In this document: in pieces, positions 60,574 through 64,000 of the stretch
Layout of the letters: each line of letters begins with the position of its first letter
Numbering within the stretch: the stretch's first letter is position 1
DNA from: Asterias rubens
Taxonomy: Eukaryota
DNA: 64,000 nucleotides
Direction: 5' to 3'
Assembly (NCBI RefSeq): GCF_902459465.1
Contig: NC_047062.1
Coordinates: 8,742,001-8,806,000 of the forward strand
Made by a program: the position numbers and the translations under genes
The notes under the pieces: generated by a model
The model's input: only the letters and a program-made list of their open reading frames with translations
Database searches by the model: none
Told to the model about the DNA's origin: nothing

Positions 60574-63500
60574 ATGGAAGATTTTGATTACTCGATAATC
60601 AGTGCAAAGCGTGGAGCTTTCCAGCCTGCCAGAAAAGGCCTAAGATTTGGGAACTTCGAGAGCATCAAGGTTCTGCCAAATGTCGGCGAAGTCACTGATG
60701 AGAAGTTAAAGTTAACCGGTGCACACTTCAGCAACAAACAGATTTTCCTCAAAGTCTGTCGCTGGTTTGAAACATGGATGCCATGGCAGAAACGCATCAT
60801 GTTGTGTGGGACGACAGACCGTTGCTCCAATGGGCAGCTGGAGTATCTCACTACAGCCTTAGAACCTGTTTTCCACAGAGACTTCTCTGCATCTCTTCAG
60901 AAGGAGAAATATCGAGGTGCCACTGGCAAGATGGACCAGAAGGAAGACCCACAGATTGCTTTGATGAAGGCACTACAGATGGCCACAAAGGGAACAGAGT
61001 TTGAAGATGACTATTTATACATCAGAATTCCTAATAAGAAATCACATACTTCTATTAACTTAGAAGAATTTGCCCAAGAGTATGTGCAAGAGATTATTGA
61101 CGGTGCTTTTGAATTCATGTACGGTAGACTGCCAAAAGGAGCTCCCTCTTCTGATCAAAGTCGTCAAAGACGCAGTATGTCCAGGTCTTGGAGGGAAGAC
61201 GAAAGCCCTAGTCCTCAAGTTGCAAAGCTCACAGTGCCTAAATTGAAAAGATCATCCGAAGAAGAATGGTTGACTTCGGAAAGTACCAGTCAACGCTTGC
61301 CAACTATGACCACCGATTCAGACAATCCCACCAGCGGAATGACTGGATCAGGTCTTCAGCGTACAGAGACAAGAAATCGTAGATTGGGTCCTCCTGATCG
61401 AATCCTCACTGCCCCAGCATCACAGAGCTCCGTGACGGATAATTCAGCTAGACTCCGTCGGGACAAAAAAAGATCATCTGAATTTCCCAAACACGGACGC
61501 CATTGGACGTTCCCTGGGTGTCAGAACCTGCAAACACCTCTCTTCTCTGAAATGCTGGAGGGGAATATAGCTACTGATAGCGGTACTAACTTTACTCCGG
61601 GATATGGAACTGGTAGCTATGTTCCACTGCAGACTAACAAAGTAAGAACAATTTTTGTGAGGAGGCTTTAAAGGCAGTGGACACTATTGCTTGGTAATTA
61701 CTCAAAATAATTATTAGCATAAAAACTTACTTGGTAAAGAGTATTGGGGAGAGGTTGGTAGTATAAAACATTGTGAGAAACGGCTCCCTCTGAAGTGGAG
61801 TAGTTTTCGAGAAAGAGGTTAATTTTCCACGAATTTGATTTCGAGACCTCAGATTTTGAATTTGAGGTCTTGAAATCAAGCATCTACATGTAATAGCACA
61901 CAACTTCGTGTGACAAGGGTGTTTTTTCTTTCATTATTATCTCGCAGCTTGGATGACCGATTGAGCCCAAATTTTCACAGGTTTGTTATTTTATGCATAG
62001 AGATACAGCAAGGAAGAAGACTGGTCTTGGACTGTTGGACAATTACCAATAGTGTCCAGTGTCTTTAAAAAGGCCTAAGTTTCGAAACCTTAAACTTTCA
62101 TTTAGCACTAACAGTGAAAGTTGTAAGGAGAAAATACTAATTTTACAGTGAACTACGGGGGCAAGGCTACCAGTGATTTTAGTGTCAGGCCTTGAAACTC
62201 ATGACTGGATAAGTCAACAAACTTGAAATAATATTTCACCATACAATAAAACCTTGCACTCAACTTACTCAAGCTTTTTGAAACATTGCCCACTGCTATT
62301 TTACTTGCCCCCGGGAAATTTGAGTAGCCCAGATTTTAAACATTTATTGTCATAAATGTATCTTTCTGATGTATGATGAAAATATTCATTCACTCAAAAA
62401 AATAAAAGCACACATGTTCTGGAAAGGAGAAATACTAGCATTTTAAACAATTATGTTGCACAGTTTTTGAGTAGCCCACAGCGCAAGTTAAGAAGTGGAG
62501 TTTACTAGCCCTTAGCAGTATCCAGTACACAATGTACGTCAGGCTAGTGTAAAGGGTTAGCCTAACATTTGGGACATTGAAAGTGCAAACATTTGCCCGC
62601 TTGGGTGAATTTGAAAAGAATGTCACTGCTACTATAGTCAAATATAAATGGATTCTGTCATGTATTTTTTCCTACTACTTCTATGAATTGATTTCCTCCA
62701 GGTATCTACACTTACATGGTGTATGAAGCACCAGAGGAGAGATTCTACTCCAGCCAGTCCAGTATCGCCAGGGATGAGTAGGCAGTCATCTCATCAGCAT
62801 AATAGTCATATTAGTGAATGTACGGCATATACAAGAGACTTCTTTGAGCAGAAACCTCACACTCAAAAACTTGGTAAATTGCAAGAAATGGCTTCACATG
62901 ACCTGTTTATTGTTACCTTTTGAAAGTTTTTTGTTCTTTTCCATTGTGCTCCAGTTAGATTTTACTTTCTGGTGTGTTTCTGATCAACAGTGTGTGGGTT
63001 CGAGTCCCAGTCTTGACTGTTGTGTCGTCAATTTTTGCTGGACCCTAAAGATTTGTTCATTCATAAAAAAAGAACAATGTTTGAAATATTTGTCTAAATC
63101 TACAGGAAGGATGTACAGAGCTCTACGGAGTGGCAAGATCAGAAAACCAGACAAGATGACTGATGTAAGCGTTCCACTACAGAAGACTTTCAAGAACGCC
63201 AAATGGTGGGGTAAGGAGCCCTCTAGTGGCAGACAACTTGTACCTGCCCGTCAACGGGATCTGAAGGAACACTTCAAGAAGCAGATTAAGCAAATATGGG
63301 AGGTTAGTCAAACTTTGAGTCAAATTTATCCATGAACCAACAAGACTGCATCTTCAAATGGACATTGGTCTAGGTGGTTAAGACAACTGCTTTAGGAAAG
63401 TCAGGATGGATGGTTCGAATCCCTTCCATGTAATCTGTGGGGTTTCTTCCTCACAGGATTCTAAAAACACTGAGTATTCATTGGTTCAAGGGTAACACCA

Positions 63501-63868
63501 AAATAATGTTCTTCATACCTGAACAATTACTGCATCAATTAAAAGATATTGGCATGTCTTTGCAGAGCGGTTAACAGCACCAGACGCAAGCTCTGCTGTT
63601 TCTGATCAGCAGAGAGATAGTTTTGAGTTCTTGTCGTGGCACTTGTATCACCCAATGCTTTCGTTAAGAGTAGGGGTTAACCCTAGTGTTTCTGGTTAAC
63701 ATTTTTTACAGGTTTCAAATTCAAATGTTTTGTTATTTTTGTTGTAATGAATTGTCTGCAGTGGATGGGGGAATGGGAGGAGTTTGAGAAAGGGGACCTA
63801 CTAGTGGAGCTAATTAAGATGTGCGATCAAGATCTTGTGAGATTCATCGCCCAGTGTCTACAACAGAG
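60574..63868 (+). CDS. 5' part of a probable F-box/WD40 protein (FBXW7/FBXW10-like) with two D-domain-like modules; continues beyond the window
   Basis: Exons 60574-61641, 62702-62873, 63106-63302, 63762-63868, phase-compatible. Module 1 WFETW..QK..L...DRC...Q......EPVFHRDF and module 2 WMGEWEEFEKGDLLVELIKMCD resemble the FBXW7 dimerisation domain that precedes the F-box. The F-box and WD40 repeats are not in the window, so the family call is inferred. Confidence 0.62.
61672..62064 (+). mobile_element. Family A TTAA-target MITE
   Basis: TTAA at 61668-61671 and 62065-62068; starts about 30 bp after the exon donor at 61642. Confidence 0.85.
63365..63710 (+). mobile_element. Two degenerate tRNA-derived SINE copies (approximate bounds)
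   Basis: ggtctaggtggttaag...ggttcgaatccc head at about 63365; second head gcagagcggttaacagcaccagacgcaagctctg...ctgatcagcag at about 63563. Confidence 0.5.
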
Positions 63869-64000
63869 GTATGTTTTGCAATTTACTCCCTTTTCTGACG
63901 GGGGGCTCCCAGAGTCGCGCCAAACCAAATTCTGAATTTAGTACATGAAAAGTTCGACGTCTGAAACAGTTGGGAGCGACTGAACGCGCTAGAAGTCAAA

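Overview
AT-rich, intron-rich animal genomic DNA, probably an invertebrate deuterostome such as an echinoderm (inferred from gene content and repeat style, not proven). I assembled six spliced genes by hand using GT-AG boundaries and phase continuity: (1) an unnamed coiled-coil protein with a C-terminal beta-spectrin-type PH domain (minus, ~718 aa); (2) ZC2HC1C (minus); (3) MLH3 (plus, ~2050 aa, intact endonuclease motifs), head-to-head with ZC2HC1C; (4) a stand-alone SAM methyltransferase closely resembling the C-terminal domain of the ovothiol synthase OvoA, with an N-terminal hydrophobic anchor (plus, 299 aa); (5) CDKN3/KAP phosphatase (minus, 239 aa); (6) the 5' part of a probable F-box/WD40 gene with two FBXW7-type D-domain-like modules (plus, runs off the window), head-to-head with CDKN3. 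Introns and intergenic DNA hold many non-autonomous DNA transposons (TTAA/Kolobok-like, Harbinger-like, 8-bp and 9-bp TSD types), several of them nested, plus tRNA-derived SINEs. Strongest leads: the orphan OvoA-type methyltransferase, the coiled-coil/spectrin-PH protein, the divergent MLH3-ZC2HC1C pair that mirrors human 14q24.3 and carries a perfect ZNF143/Staf site, the altered acid loop of CDKN3, and MITEs with CTCF-like motifs in their TIRs. All homology calls are from recalled family sequences; no searches were run.
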